From Podarcis pityusensis (lineage: Eukaryota), in the NCBI GenBank assembly GCA_964106645.2, contig OZ067038.1: DNA of 64,000 nt, one strand, 5' to 3'. Shown here one piece after another: positions 1 through 16,804 of the stretch. A program made the position numbers and the translations under genes. The notes under the pieces were generated by a model. It saw nothing but the letters and a program-made list of their open reading frames with translations, ran no database searches and was not told the origin of the DNA. How positions within the stretch are numbered: the stretch's first letter is position 1; every line of letters begins with the position of its first letter.

Positions 1-747
1 TAGCTTGCAGACCAGTGTGTGTTTTGCCATTTTGTTTTAAATAAGGTATCAAAGCCATCCAAGAAAATAAAATATTGCAAACTAGTGTTAATCCAACTGT
101 ATTTTATATGTCTGATGAAAAGTACACTTAGAAAAAGCTAAGATATTGAAGTAGTTTCCTTAAATAAATAATGAACTGCTCCATTTTTAAAAAGTAAAAT
201 AAAAATTATTAGGTTATAATCGTACACATTTACTGATATACTTACAAGTCATCTGTAGTGCATTCTATAATATGATATATTAATTATTCATGAAGCAATG
301 TGAATCCATTTGCAAAAATGGAACTTTTAATGGAAGCTGTGATGGCAAATGTTGTTTGCTCAGTAACAACATAAACAGCTCTACACAAGCTGTGACTTCA
401 GCAGTGTAGCATCTATTTAGAAATAATGAACTGCAGTTGCTATCCATGCATTTCAGAATACTTATTAGGTGAAACTAGACATTTGGTAGCAATTATGGGT
501 CTGGAAACCTGGACTTAAACCTTCCCGCTGCATAATTTTTTATACAATCAGATTGTTCACTATTTTCCTGCTTTTGTTGTTAGTCTTCATTATTATCCTT
601 ATTTTTCTTAGGATAATACAGGGGTCATTATTAATACCATTATTAGCAATATTGTATTTAGTCATCTTTTCACAAAAAGTTATCCAAAGCAAATTACAAA
701 GTGAAAGGTTATGTTTATCTATTCAATTCCTGTAAACCACTTTATAA

Positions 748-996
<249 letters not shown>

Positions 997-1753
997 TGAA
1001 AATGTATAGCTGCAAACGTTGTTCTGAAATAATGCTACATTGAGGAGAAAGTCTCAAGGAGTTGTTTATGCTTTAATTTTAATTGGAAAGAATAGTCTGG
1101 AGAATGTGCTGTGGCTTAGACAGGTGCAGGGGTACCAGCCTGAATAAAACATTTTGTTGGGGTGGGGGCAGGTAAGTAGTAGTAATCTGAGGCTCCTCTG
1201 AAGACCTGCAGCAGCTCTACTATATGTGTGGTGTAAAAGTGCACAGCCGCAACAGGAAACTCTTTTAAACCACTGTCAGCCAACACAACTTGGTGTCAAG
1301 ATCCGCCAGGCCCAGACTGAAGGCAGCATTTCAGTCTCTACACTACTTCCCAGCTCTGGCAAAAGGAGGGAACAAAACAGAGAGTATCCAGAGCAGTTCA
1401 TCTTATGCTCTTTGTCCCCTATAAAAGCCGCCAGGTCAGACTTATTTACTTGTGTGAATAACAAAAGGGCTCTGCTGCTATTTCCCTGTTTGTCCTGCCC
1501 CTCTCTTTTTTAATCTGTGGGTGGTCGGACACTTGACCAACATTTTAGAAAACGTTTTGCCGCGTCTGGACGAATTCAGTAATGACCATAAAGTCCTTCT
1601 AAGTGGAAGTCTATTACTTCAGAGCACAGGGAGGGGACTGTATGGTTGAATGTTGCATATTACAAATATTATCTGCACATAGAAAACCAGATGTCAGGGA
1701 GGAAAGCTCTCGGCCTCCTGGTGTACTAATTTTATATGTAGAGGGGATTTGTT

Positions 1754-1755
<2 letters not shown>

Positions 1756-1791
<36 letters not shown>
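1756..1791. repeat. (AC)n microsatellite
   Basis: Direct reading. Confidence 0.95.
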
Positions 1792-1793
<2 letters not shown>

Positions 1794-2028
1794 AGCATTC
1801 AGCTGGGCAATTCCACCCCTTACCCCAGGTTATAATCTGAAACAAAACTCTCCAGAAGCAGTTTTACTACCTTTATCTAGACCAAATAGTTACGTTGTTC
1901 ATTCTGTAAATACCTATCTATACCAAGGTTTCATTCATGCTGGCTCTTAGTCCAGCTTGATCCACCTTTAATATGATGTTCCTGCAAACTCAAATTTCAT
2001 CTGTACACCTATGGCATTTGTACTGTAA

Positions 2029-2667
<639 letters not shown>

Positions 2668-4296
2668 TAAATGGAAGCTGTATATATTATATTGTGGGTG
2701 CTAATAATTGCTGATGGTTTTTGTTTCTTTTATTGTGCTACATGAGGAAGATGGTACTGATACCGGACATGTCATTGCTAAGGGAAAAATGCTGTTAGAG
2801 CCAAGGTTTTTCATTTTGTTTAGCACTGAAGCATAAGTTTTACAATAAAATCAGAAATGAGACTGCATATCTAAAAAGTGGAATTTACTACTTTCAGTAA
2901 CATTTGGGCTAAGCATTTCATTACTTTAGTAGGAGAGTACACTATGGAGGAATGTGACTTTTTATTTATCTGCTATGAAGCTTCTTTATAATTCTGCAGG
3001 CGCAACCTTACGAATTAACTATCCAGCCCTGGAAACTCTTTACATTCTTATTCCTCCCTATTTGACAACAAATCCTTCTCAGGCTTATAGAGATTATGGG
3101 CACTGTTAGAGACATGATAACGTGGTAGGTGGAACCCATAGGGAATCTATTATGTTCTTAAATTTCAGATTGTTTGTTCAACAGTAACTTGTGTCTTTTA
3201 TCCTGCCCCACTAATCATTTGGGAATCCTATAAGTAGAAATGGGAGTGGCCCTATAATGGGATTATTGCTGTTTACACTGACATTCATATAATTTAAAAA
3301 GAGATTCAGCATCTGAGGCTTAAGGAATCGTGCAGTTTGACATTCTAAAATTAGAACCAGTTCAACATTTAATCAAGGGAGAGGAATACGTTGGCTGCTG
3401 GAAACATGCTTTCATCAGCTGTAGTGCTTGGCTATTGTGCTAGGCTAAGATGTCAACTGCATGCAGGAGCTGGTTAAAACCAGTGGAGTATGGGAAGAAT
3501 GAGATCCAGTTTTAGGGGGGACCACTAATGGAAAACCAGTCAGCTAGAGAATAATTTGACTGATTTGATGCACTCAGTCGGTCTTTGGACTTTTGTAGTC
3601 TGACTGACACAACACACTTGAGCAACTTTTGAAACACAGGCTGGTTTCAAGAGGAATTTGTAATGTGGCTTGGGGAGGTGGTTATTGGTCAATGGAAAAC
3701 CATGAAAGTTTCGTTGAGTGGATGAAAGCACTTAACAGGCTTTTTATGTGGTTGTTCTTCATTGAGTGTCATCACACTTAGTTGTTCATTTTGTATTGTT
3801 TTTACACATGTCAACAGTTTTTTTTTTGTACTGTATTTAAAACTATTTTAGATGTTTTCATTCTATGCCTGTAAGCCACCAAGATACATGTACATCCATT
3901 AATTTACTGGGTTGGATTCAACATCACACACACTTTTACCAAAAAATAAAAATGGCTTTATTGCATTTTTAATGCATATGTTTTTAAATATCTGTAAGCA
4001 ATTATGTATTTTATGGATTTGTAAATCGCTTTGAGCCTATTTTATTTTTTTGTAGAAAGCGATAAATAATGAAAAGCTCTTCAATGTTGCGGTAAGGTTC
4101 AATTCGTGTAATAATATCCCTGTTGAAAGAACCAAAGATACATAATAGTTGTGCTGGATAGATTTATTTTGGCTACCTACAATTATATCATGTAATTTTT
4201 AGTATTAATAATTTCTCCAGTGCTCTTTAGTGTACAAAGTATTATAACGTGCACTGTTTTTAATTTACACTTTCAAACATGCAGAAAAACATAGTA

Positions 4297-4505
4297 CAGT
4301 GGTACCTCAGGTTAAGAACTTAATTCGTTCCAGAGGTCCGTTCTTAACCTGAGGTACCACTTTAGCTAATGGGGCCTCCTGCTTCCATTGCGCTGCCACC
4401 ACGCAATTTCTGTTCTCATCCTGAAGCAAAGTTCTTAACCCAAGGTACTCTTTCTGGGTTAGTGGAGTCTGTAACCTGAAGCATCTGTAACCCGAGGTAC
4501 CACTA
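4297..4505 (-). mobile_element. Tc1/mariner (Tigger/pogo-like) MITE, family A, reverse orientation
   Basis: TA|CAGTGGTACCTC...GAGGTACCACTA|TA terminal inverted repeats with TA target duplication. Confidence 0.85.
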
Positions 4506-4574
4506 TACATTAAAAAGCATTAGAAGCTGACCTTTTTTCTAGTTACCGTGATAACATAAGATAATTATTTTATA

Positions 4575-4781
4575 CAGTGGTACTTCAGTGCTTCAGGTTA
4601 CAGACTCCACTAACTCAGAAATAGTACATCGGGTTAAGAACTTTGCTTCAGAATGAGAACAGAAATTGCACGGCGGCAGCGGGAGGCCCCATTAGCTAAA
4701 GTGGTACCTCAGGTTAAGAACAGTTTCAGGTTAAGAACGGACCTCCAGAACGAATTAAGTTCTTAACCTGAGGTACCACTG
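4575..4781 (+). mobile_element. Tigger-like MITE, family A
   Basis: Same TIR and interior as the other copies. Confidence 0.85.
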
Positions 4782-5231
4782 TGTTTGTTTGTGATGGTGA
4801 TGCGTTCATTATTGACTTTAAAAGAAATGGGAAGACTGCTGTACAGAAAAAGAAGCATCTGAACACATTATTTGCCCACTGTTTCAGAATAACGTACGGA
4901 AGTGTCACTGTGGTTTTGCAAAATCTTGCACTCTTACCATATAAATCACCACCCGTACTCCATTATAATGAAAACCAGAAACTCTGTGTCTGTGACCTTG
5001 GTTGACCTTACCAGACACTAGTTTACATTTCTCATGACTTGGTTTGATTTAAACATAATAGGAACAGCACACACTTTTCCACAAAAAGGATTGGTCATGT
5101 CTGAGAATGAGATATTGCAAATATCTTCTGTCTTCCTTAGTTCAACATATTTTGATATTTAGATTTTGGGGCAAGAGAATGAAATCTGTCACGTTAGGTA
5201 TTCAGAGGACAAAAAGGTGACATAACATTGA

Positions 5232-5573
<342 letters not shown>

Positions 5574-5942
5574 TAATATCTTGTTTTAAAGCTTTTTAAG
5601 TAACCCAGAACTAATCTCCTGTCACATGACACTGTATTTAGAGTTTAATACCTAGCCACTCTCAAAATATTCATTGCCCAGTAGGTAGAACTATGTATGG
5701 AGGAAGGCTGCACACTTTCCTAGTATTTTTGAGCTGCTGCAGGAAGTTTGTAAGGGACATTTCAAATCTTGGGCAGATGTAAATACACAGCTGTCAGGGG
5801 TATTTCTACGCAAGCAAAGGTCTGAGGATTTTCATTTTTCAAAGAAAAAAAGCTATCACAATTTTCAGTGTGCAAATAGTACTATTATTTTGAAAATCTG
5901 TTTGCTTCCTCTTTTTTCATCTCTATTTGTTGTATCTTCTAG

Positions 5943-6302
<360 letters not shown>

Positions 6303-6412
6303 TGAATCTCCTGTGTTCTTTCCCTGCTTTGAAAACTTGTCCAATCAAGATTAGCCAAAAGCGCTTTATAGCCATTGAATGTAAGGACTGAAAAACTAGC
6401 CAATAACATTCA

Positions 6413-6473
6413 TAAGAAGAGGAGTTTGGATTTGATATCCCGCTTTATCACTACCCGAAGGAATCTCAAAGCG
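6413..6473 (-). mobile_element. Squamate SINE/LINE 3' tail fragment
   Basis: Reverse complement CGCTTTGAGATTCCTTCGGGTAGTGATAAAGCGGGATATCAAATCCAAACTCCTCTTCTT, recognised from lizard repeats. Confidence 0.45.
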
Positions 6474-6870
6474 ATTTATAAAGCTCATGTCGATTCATGG
6501 TGCTGTTAAACTGATCAAAGTTAAAGTCCCCAAACTTTCAAAATTCAATAGTCAGTCTCTGCCACTGTCTCTAAGAAAATCCCAAAACATTTGTTAAGAG
6601 TGATTTAAAGAGGGCTGTTGGTATCAGCAAGGGGAGATGCAAATGATTCGTTTTTAAGTCTCTCTTTAATGTGTGAATAGCCACGTGTATTCTCTGTAGA
6701 GAGTGAGTATTCATAATTTAGAATGGAGCAAATAGGTTTCTCTATGAAAATTAAGAAACAATCTGACAACATCCGTCCAATCTTGTTACATAATGGAGAT
6801 GCAAATTGATCCTGTTTCAATCTCTAAACAAGAAGGTGAATTATATTTCCTTTCTTTTAAATCCCTCTAG

Positions 6871-7149
<279 letters not shown>

Positions 7150-7496
7150 TAGAGCTGTACAGAAGGATCCAAATAAAGGCTATCGCCTTTCTCTGTGAGG
7201 ATGCAGCTCAGATACTGAAGCGTGTCCTGGATCAGTTAAACATGAAATTTCCTTGTGCCCTGTGCTTTAATACTCTAGAACACATAACTAAAATACGTTA
7301 CCTAGGTTTAGTTAAAAAACAAACAAACCAGAATCTGCTTTGATTTTAGGTAATACATAGTTATGCAGAATCACACTAAGTATCACCAAATTATATATAG
7401 TAATCTGCCAATTTGGTACTTTGTAAAAAGCTTTGGTGTAACAGCCTGCTTATCATGAATGATATTCTTTTTCTCTCCTTGCGCTTCCCCTTTTAG

Positions 7497-7712
<216 letters not shown>

Positions 7713-8147
7713 TAGAATAATTCAATGGTTTCTACACTGCTATTCCTCAGGGGATATTAAAAAGGTCTACATTTTAAGTGATGGCCTTTTAAACTGTGTG
7801 GTGGTGGTGATACTGCTTTTATTTGTTATTATACTGTGTATTTTTGTGTTTTTATATTGTAAACCGCCCTGTGATCTTCGGATGAAATTTAATTAATAAA
7901 TAACAAAGTCTGTCAGGCTACTACAAGCCCATTTAACATGAGGCAAGTATATGAATAAAGATCAAATTTCACTGCCATCAGGCAGTACTTTTCAAACAAA
8001 TGAGACATCATGTCTTTTTCTCAAAGAGCTGGGAATAGCTGTATCATGCCACTCAGGAAAATGTCACTTTTATTGGGAAATCAGACAAAATAGCTACCCC
8101 CTTACACTATAATACACAAATTATGTGGCACTTGCCATATAATCCAA

Positions 8148-8739
8148 CAGTGCTTTTTTTTTTTTAAGCTAGAGAGCGCTGGAGTTCAGTACCAACACCT
8201 CACAGGTGGGTGCCATTGTGGGCTGGCACTCACACCACCCACTTATAGCCTTCAGATACTTCTGAGAAGCCCAAAGTGAACATTTCAAGTCAAAACGGAA
8301 GTGTGTGCGAGTCTACACTTTTCTCCAATCTATGACTCCACTTAGCTCCTGGCCACTCCTGGCCATGATACAGGGTGGGGCCAGTCCATAATTCCTTTTC
8401 TTCAATCCATCTTTCATGTAGTGGCAACGGGCTTTAAGCTTTCCAGCCAGGCCTCTACCGTTGCACGTGTGCATGTTTGAGTGAGGGCCCTTCTGAGATG
8501 CCCATGCCATCCGCCTGAATCTTAAGGGAACGAGGGAGGCGGGGGCACATTTATTTGACCTGCACCAGAACCAGTGGCGACCCCCAAACCAGCTGGGAGA
8601 CAGCTTGCTGTAGTTTTTAGCACCCCTGCAGGTGGTGATCACGGCTGTTGTCAAACCGGCTGCACCAAGTCACCCAGCGAATTAACTGTAACAATTTCAT
8701 CGTGAGTTCCGGCACCATTTTTTCTTGAAAAAAACACCG
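8148..8739. mobile_element. Degenerate hAT-like MITE
   Basis: CAGTGCTTTTTT...GAGTTCCGGCACC...AAAAAAACACCG ends; related GAGGTGCCGGAACTC motif also at about 14091. Confidence 0.45.
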
Positions 8740-9882
8740 CTTCCCAATCTCTCTTTCCTTTGTTGCTACTAAAAAGATTACTTGTAAGGGGTTAGGAGCT
8801 GAATGGTCCCAACTTGCTTGGTGGTGTTTTGCACTCCATGTACTTGAGACAAGATGATACTGTAAGCTTTAGCATACTCTGTACTTGTGCCAAGTGCAGC
8901 TCTGTTTAAGATGAAAAATGCTAGTAGGATTTCTGTCTCCACAATGTGGCTATAAAGGATTATATGGCCATAATAGAATACAAGAAGATGGTTTATTCCT
9001 TGAAACCACATTTGTACTGTTTTCCATCTGCCTCACAAGACTGCAGCAGCTCTCTTAATGTATTTATTGTTTATGCAATTAATCTTGGCATGCAAACATT
9101 AGCCTCCATTATGTTTTACTGTCATTTTTGAAGCGGTTTTGGGGGGGGGGGGGAGTTAAATTCTGCACTATATACTAGTATGAAGGCAGATGGGGATTCC
9201 TGTATAAATGGAATATTCCCCCCTTTTTACAATTCAACATTTTAAACATTGCCTCTGTTTTTCTTCATAGAAATGGAGTATGGAAGAAGTATGCATTCAT
9301 GTTCCTCAGCTTCAGTTGAAGCATTGTAGTTAAAGAAACAATTCTGAGAAGATTCATATGAATTGCCTTGCTTTGTTTGCTTGTACTTTCCTTGATTTAC
9401 CCAACCACCTTTGGGCCTTGTAACGGCTTGTTAAAATAATTTGCGACAAAAAAAAAATGAAACCGACAGAAACACATTCTTACTCATTTAATCTCTTGTC
9501 TTGAGTGAGACAGAAAATTAATTTGTATCCAAAATAGTCTAGTAGTATTGATGCATTCAGAAGATGTGCAAATATACAAGCATTTAGTTATAGTTTGCCA
9601 TTCCATGGAACCTGGATATTTCCTTGTTAGATCATTGAAGAGAAACTGACTTATACATAACAAAGTGTCTCTCCTATGCCAACTTGTGCTGTTACCTTAA
9701 ATGCATACAGTTTGACATACCATAAATTTCTTAGCTGAAACTTACTGTGTTTACGAATGTATTGTGCACCACCAACAGAGTGCTAAGGCAAATCAAGTCC
9801 ATAATTATGTAATTGCTTGTTCTTCCTTGATGGGTTTCTTTTTTTAAATGGTAGCTGATTGATATTTTCCTCCTCTTTGTAG

Positions 9883-9961
9883 GTGATTCATTTTCTGATG
9901 CGGATTGAAAAGGAGCCTAAAATTGACATCAATGAAACAGACACACTGTGGGGAGAAACAG
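9883..9961 (+). CDS. TANC1: TANC1 coding exon (VIHFLM...TLWGET)
   Basis: tttgtag|GTG acceptor, CAG|gtatgt donor. Confidence 0.92.
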
Positions 9962-11675
9962 GTATGTGTGTATATGAGAGAGAACTTTTGGTATTCATCA
10001 GAAGGGGGTTTCTCAGGGGACACCAGGACACCACCAAGTGGGGTATCTTTATGCTCCTTTTCTTTGGAGGCAGAAATAAAGCCATTTTCAGAGGCTTCTG
10101 TATTATCCCTCCCCTTCTGTGACAGTTTACCCTTCGGGCCAAAGCATACAAGAGGGTACAATGAGCTGTATTGGGAAGAGGAGGGAGAAGTGACACGCAA
10201 AGACAACCCTTTGTGCAACATTAGATGCCACCCTTTGTATTAATGCATTAGATGCATTAATACAGAACAGACTCCTTTGCATTTTCTCCTTTTGTTGCGC
10301 TCTATCTCTGTACCCGTCTACATTCTCTGGTTGTTCTTGTTGGCATATTCCTGTTTTCCCCTCTTGTACTTATAATGCTAGTAGTCCCCTTGTTCTGTGG
10401 ATTGTTAATGCCTAGCTACACATTTGAGCTGCCATTTCCTTCTGGCAGTTTGGACAGAACGCTTTCCCTCCCAACAGTGGCATTTTGACTGCAGAGATTG
10501 CTAGCTGAGGGTTGCACTGAGATCACAATGCCTATAGTTCAGCAGAGCTGCTTAGGATGAATTGTCACGTTGTCAAAAATGGTCTACAAGTCCTGAAAAT
10601 CTGATAAATTCAAATTTGTGCCTTGCAATCTGGGGACAGATTTTTCAGAAGGCAGCTCTCTGTTTCCCCTCCCCCTTTACATTTTTAAGCATAGACCAGG
10701 ATTGGAAAGGGACTGCCATTTAGCGGTGCAGCAGATGCTTTGCATGCAAAAACATTCCATATTCAATCCCCGGGGAAGACTCCTTTCTGAAAACCAGAGA
10801 GTCCCTGTCAGTCAGTGCAGACAATATGGAGCTAAGAGCCCGTAGAAGGCAGTTTCCTATATTCCTAAACTGTGTGTTTTGGATTTACAGAAATCCTTCA
10901 CACAGATGTCAATGCACAAAAGACAAAGTGCCTATGGCACAGAATCACATTAGAAGTATCACCTTGTACACAGCAAAATGTATTAGCCACCTTAACATTG
11001 TTACACATTTCCAACCATTGTTTGCCCTGTTTTCCAAAATTTCTCTTCCCCAGTTAGCACTTTCCTCAACATCTTTGACAATAGACCGAAGATCTGCCAA
11101 AGATCATATTAGTTTTCCTATAGGGTACTAGGCTGGCCTCATATTTTCCATTTTCCATTAGTAGTTTTGCTGTTCATTTAGTGTTTTCCCCCTTTTCTTT
11201 TTAAAGTTAGAAGCGGGGGCAAGCTATTGTTGGGTACATTAGACATATCAGAGATGGGCCTTTTCGGAATGGTCAGCATTCCTTAACATAGCTTTCCTGA
11301 GGATCTTGTTTGTTTAAGCCCACTGCAGGCTATTCTTCAGTCCTGCTTATTTCCGAATATGGTATACTTGAGACACACTGGCTTTTTGTATCTTAAGTGA
11401 CCCCAGGAGCTGTGGGTGATAGTGAGATAAGGCACAGGACTGTTTTTTGTTTTTATAACACAGCTATAACCTTCGTGTTATATTCCCAGCAGTTATAAAA
11501 AATCTGTTTAAAAACAAAAACAAAACTGTCAGCTTGTTTAGGTCTATATGCTCAACCTAATCCTTAAATTAATGGTGCTACCTTGTGTGTCAGTTGCCAT
11601 TAAACAAAAATCTTATTTCCTGTGGACCAGCAGATGACTGCCTTTGCTGCCAGGGTTACAGTGAAACGAAGAGAT

Positions 11676-11782
11676 TAGAATTGTAGAATCATAGAATTGT
11701 AGAGTTGAAAATGACCCCAAGGGCCATCTAGTTCAACACCCTGCAGTGCAAAAATCTAAACTAAAGCATCCATGACAGATTG
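11676..11782 (-). mobile_element. CR1 LINE 3' end
   Basis: TAGAATCATAGAAT tail (ATTCTATG on -) plus GGGCCATCTAGTTCAAC. Confidence 0.65.
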
Positions 11783-12442
11783 TGACCTACATTATTTTTT
11801 TAACAGTTGTGAGAGTAGAGAAGAAATTCTCAACCATTGCTGTAACTAGCATTACAGGTTGCAGTTAGGGGGATTTTTGCATATTGCAGCCTTTCCCAGG
11901 GACTGGGAACCTCAGGCCCAGGGGTCAGATGTAGTCTTCTGGGACTCTCTTCCTGGCTCTTGAGACTCCCAGTGACCCTGCTTCGTGCTCTCAAGGGTTT
12001 GTCTGGCTGGAATGCATCCTTGAACTGATCTTGCTTCTTGTTTGCCTAGGTGGAGAATAGAGAGGGAGTGGGTGGGTTGGTGTATGCACAAAGTAGCCTA
12101 CTGCGCAAGGGTAAAATTTGCATTCATTGCTCTGGCATGTGGCCTTGGGCGGTGGCAAAAAAAGGATGCTCGATGGTCCTTTGGTCTGATTCAAGAGAGC
12201 TATTCTTACATTCTTAAAAGGACGTCTTGCCATTCTTGAGCTGTAGGAAAATTTTGAGTATCCAGTACCATGTCATTTTAATGAATGTTAGTATCTGGGA
12301 ATACAAAGGGGGGGGGGGGGTTGTACAAGAGGAAACATTTATTGGTTGTTGCACTAACTGCTGATAACTCTCGGGAGGAATGCATAGAATGCTTTTAGCT
12401 TAATGTCTTCTCTCAAACTTGTTTTCTCTTTAAATCTGATAA

Positions 12443-12607
<165 letters not shown>

Positions 12608-12660
12608 TGAAACTTTATGATTAAAATGGCCAGTTTCAGCTTAATTTGTTAAATGAAGGA

Positions 12661-12793
12661 CACTTCTCTAACCTGCAGGCCTCCAGATGTTGTGGGATTC
12701 AAAGTCCCGTAAGACCCAGACAGCATGGCTGATAGGGATAATAGGAACTGTAGTCCCAACGACAGCTAAAAGACCACATGTTCACCATCTCTG
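12661..12793. mobile_element. Old palindromic MITE, family B
   Basis: CTCCAGATGTTG...TGTAGTCCCAAC core; ends approximate. Confidence 0.6.
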
Positions 12794-13112
12794 CTTTAGA
12801 TGGCAACAGACCTTTTTGAACTGTTTTGAAAAGGCTATTAATCCCTAGGACATTTGCTTATGAAAACAGTGGCCCAGTGAGAAGTCTTGTTGATCAAATA
12901 AAGATACAGTACTGACTTGAGTGCTGCTCTGTTAAAGCCACACAGATGAATCTAAAAAACCAGGAAGCTATGTGTTTTATGCTCCACAAGCATTCTCCTG
13001 CAGTTATTGGGACTTGGGTATGGAGTATGGTCGAAATGTGAATTGCTCTTGTAAGGATCAGGTTACATATTGCCATTATTTATTCTAAGGTTGTGACTTT
13101 ACAGTACTGTGA

Positions 13113-13280
<168 letters not shown>

Positions 13281-13436
13281 TAATTTTTTCTTTTAACTTG
13301 CCCTATTCACTTTTCATGCCTTTTAAGATAGATAAGTGAGCCTGACAGCCCAACATTGAAAGTGTCTTGATGCAAGTTTTATGAGTTAATGCTGAAATTA
13401 CATCATCTCAATAGTATTGAAGAGAAAGTTCAATAA

Positions 13437-13763
<327 letters not shown>

Positions 13764-15351
13764 TGAGATCTTGCCAACTAGAATGCTAATTAAGCAAACT
13801 AGCTCCCTTTTTCATGCACTTGAGAGCAATACTAGAGATGATTCACCAAGAAAAAACTACTTTTTTTAAAAAATGTAAGAGATACCTAATCCTGGGTACC
13901 TGTTCTTCTTCACTGTGTAGAAAGAGTCTGTGGGGGATCATTTTGATTCTAAATAGTTTCTATTAAACAAACATATTCAATGCTTGGTCAAAGTATAAAA
14001 TCTTTCACAATGGATTTTTTTTAAAACTTATCAAAATCTAGCATAGATGCATATGGCTTTTTCTACTGCCTTACTTTCTTGGTAAATGATGAGGTGCCGG
14101 AACTCTTAACTGTGAGTGCCAGCGCAAAATGGCTGCTCAGGGCAGGAGAGTGTGGGGGAGGAAGATGTTGCTCAGTATCACTGAGTACTGTCACAGAAAA
14201 ACACTGCTTAGTGTTAATAAATTATATTAGTCTGCTGTGACTCGAACAAGATTTGTGAGATGTAAAGGGATGTTTCAGCACTGATAAGTATTAATATATT
14301 TTGAAATGTAAGAAATCTTTGGTTTAAGAGTTAAAAGCTCTTATAAATGGATTCTGTCTCAAAGTAGAACAGGATCCATCAGTTGGGCTTACCTTGCACC
14401 TTATATAAGCAATAATTTACATTGTAGTCTCACATGTGCTCACTTACAACTTAATGAATAGATTCCCAACGGCCTGCATTTAAATTGCACTAGAATGTAA
14501 CTTGTTGGGGTAATTAAAATCATAATGTGAAAAATGCTAAACATGTGAGACCCATACTAAGGAAATATTGAATTATCACACCAAGAACCTGTTTCCCACT
14601 ATATAGTCCCAGCATTACAACTTAAAAAAACCAAAAAAACTTTTAACATAGGAACAGTCTTCAGCCGGCATCTGAAGTTGTACGGTATTAACACTAGGCT
14701 ATTTTTGGCAGCAAGTGTGTTGCACAGCTGGAATGCTATTGCTCTATATGCGAAAACCAAACCTTGAATCTGGCTTGATAGCAAAGGAATTATCAGTGCA
14801 TATCTTTAAGAGCTGGAAGTATGTGGCCTTTTGATGTCAAAACTAAAACCTAAGTGGTTGCATTTTGCACTAACTGCAGAAATCTAAGTGGGAAGTTACT
14901 AAAGCATGGATCTCTGCAACCAGACTATTTCTATTTAGGAATGGCCACAGCTGGAAATGGGCACTCTGCCACACACAGCACAACTGCCAAGGGGCCAAGC
15001 AGGAGCTCCCCCCCCCCCCCATTCTGAAAGGTTCCTTTATAGGTTAACTGTACTAGATTTCCCAGATTTCAGAAACTAACTTGAGCTGTATGAATTTATG
15101 CATATCTTTGAAGGTGGTGTTTTCTTACTGTTTTTATTTCAAGAGCTGCACTAAAAGCCTTTAAACATTGATGGTATACGAATGGACATAATCCATTAGG
15201 AACGTCTGCATCAGCTGGAAAATAAGAGCAGTTCAAGGGTGTATTATTGCAGTAGAGCTTGTGCAAGAGAAGTTCCTGGTGTGTTGCAGCCACTGCCACA
15301 AACACGTTTTTTATTTTTAAATGTAATTTCTCTGTGTTTGATCATTTATAG

Positions 15352-15486
<135 letters not shown>

Positions 15487-15814
15487 TAGTGGAAAATAAC
15501 TTGTACTGGCCAAATAGAATGGTTTTATTTGGGAAGAAAACAATTGCTGACTCTTTAAAACCACCACATTAAAAATCCCATTGTATCCTAATAATATATA
15601 AATTCATTTTAGTGCTAATAAAAATGCCCATCTAAAAACATTGACATTTCCCAGCAAAACTGGTTTTTATTTAAAATTGTAGTAATTTAAGCTTACTTAG
15701 AGATGTTGAAATATTAACAGCCATAGTGTAGACAGAATATTTTTCTATTGCACTTGTTTATAGCTCACCTTTCAATATACAAATCCTTCCAAGTTATTAA
15801 AAAACAAACAATAT

Positions 15815-16105
15815 GTATTTATTTATTTTCTAAATTTTATGCACTACTTGATTGTTAAAAAACTTAACAGTGGTTTATAAAAATAAGACAATAAAATGAT
15901 CAGTAAAATTGTTAAAAGCAACTATTTAAAACATTTTAAAAAATTAAAATCCTCAATAAACTAAAAACACAAATCAACCTTCTACATATCGGGTTAGGCT
16001 TGTCTAAACAAAAATATTTCTAGCAGGCACCATAAAGAGTATAGTGAAGGCACCTGCCTGGCATCAATAGGCAGGGAGTTCCAAAGTGTAGGTGCTGCCA
16101 CAATA
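15815..16105 (-). mobile_element. L2-type LINE 3' end
   Basis: (TTTA)n tail followed by GGCAGGGAGTTCCAAAGTGTAGGTGC, typical of an antisense L2 3' end. Confidence 0.5.
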
Positions 16106-16218
16106 AATACTGATTTATATTTAAGTGACACTGTTACAGAAGAGAAATTCAGTCCAAATCATTAACTGTCTGGTTGTTCACAGCTAAATTTCATTTGAAG
16201 AGTCCAGTATAACATTAA

Positions 16219-16371
<153 letters not shown>

Positions 16372-16606
16372 TGAGTTTTTTTATGAACTGTTGCATGATG
16401 GCATATACCAGTTCAGGTGCCAAACTACTCTTGCAGCACAGTTCCATGCATGCTTACTTAAATGTAGGGATGGTAATTACTCCTATGTAAGTGTGCTTAT
16501 GATTGTAATCTTGGGCAAATGATAATCTGTATTTGTAAATCATCCTGAATGTAGGAGAAGGCAGGGTATAAAGAAAGGAAACAAACTTTCATGTGTAAGT
16601 AGTACA

Positions 16607-16804
16607 CAGTTACAGACTCCGCTAACCCAGAAATAGTACCTCGGGTTAAGAACTTTGCTTCAGGATGAGAACAGAAATTGTGCTCCCGCAGCGCAGCGGC
16701 AGCAGGAGGCCCCATTAGCTAAAGTGGTGCTTCAGGTTAAGAACAGTTTCAGGATAAGAACGGGCCTCCAGAACGAATTAAGTACTTAACCTGAGGTACC
16801 ACTG
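16607..16804 (+). mobile_element. Tigger-like MITE, family A (left TIR truncated)
   Basis: Interior and right TIR GAGGTACCACTG|TA match the family. Confidence 0.8.

Noticed and set aside
553-735. Hydrophobic 60-aa ORF resembling a membrane peptide (also 62881-63259)
   Set aside because: T-rich intron or (ATT)n microsatellite translations with non-ATG starts.
9141-9153. Scattered G/C homopolymers (also about 12308, 15007, 59412, 62452)
   Set aside because: Isolated mononucleotide runs with no pattern; common in such genomes and error-prone in assembly.
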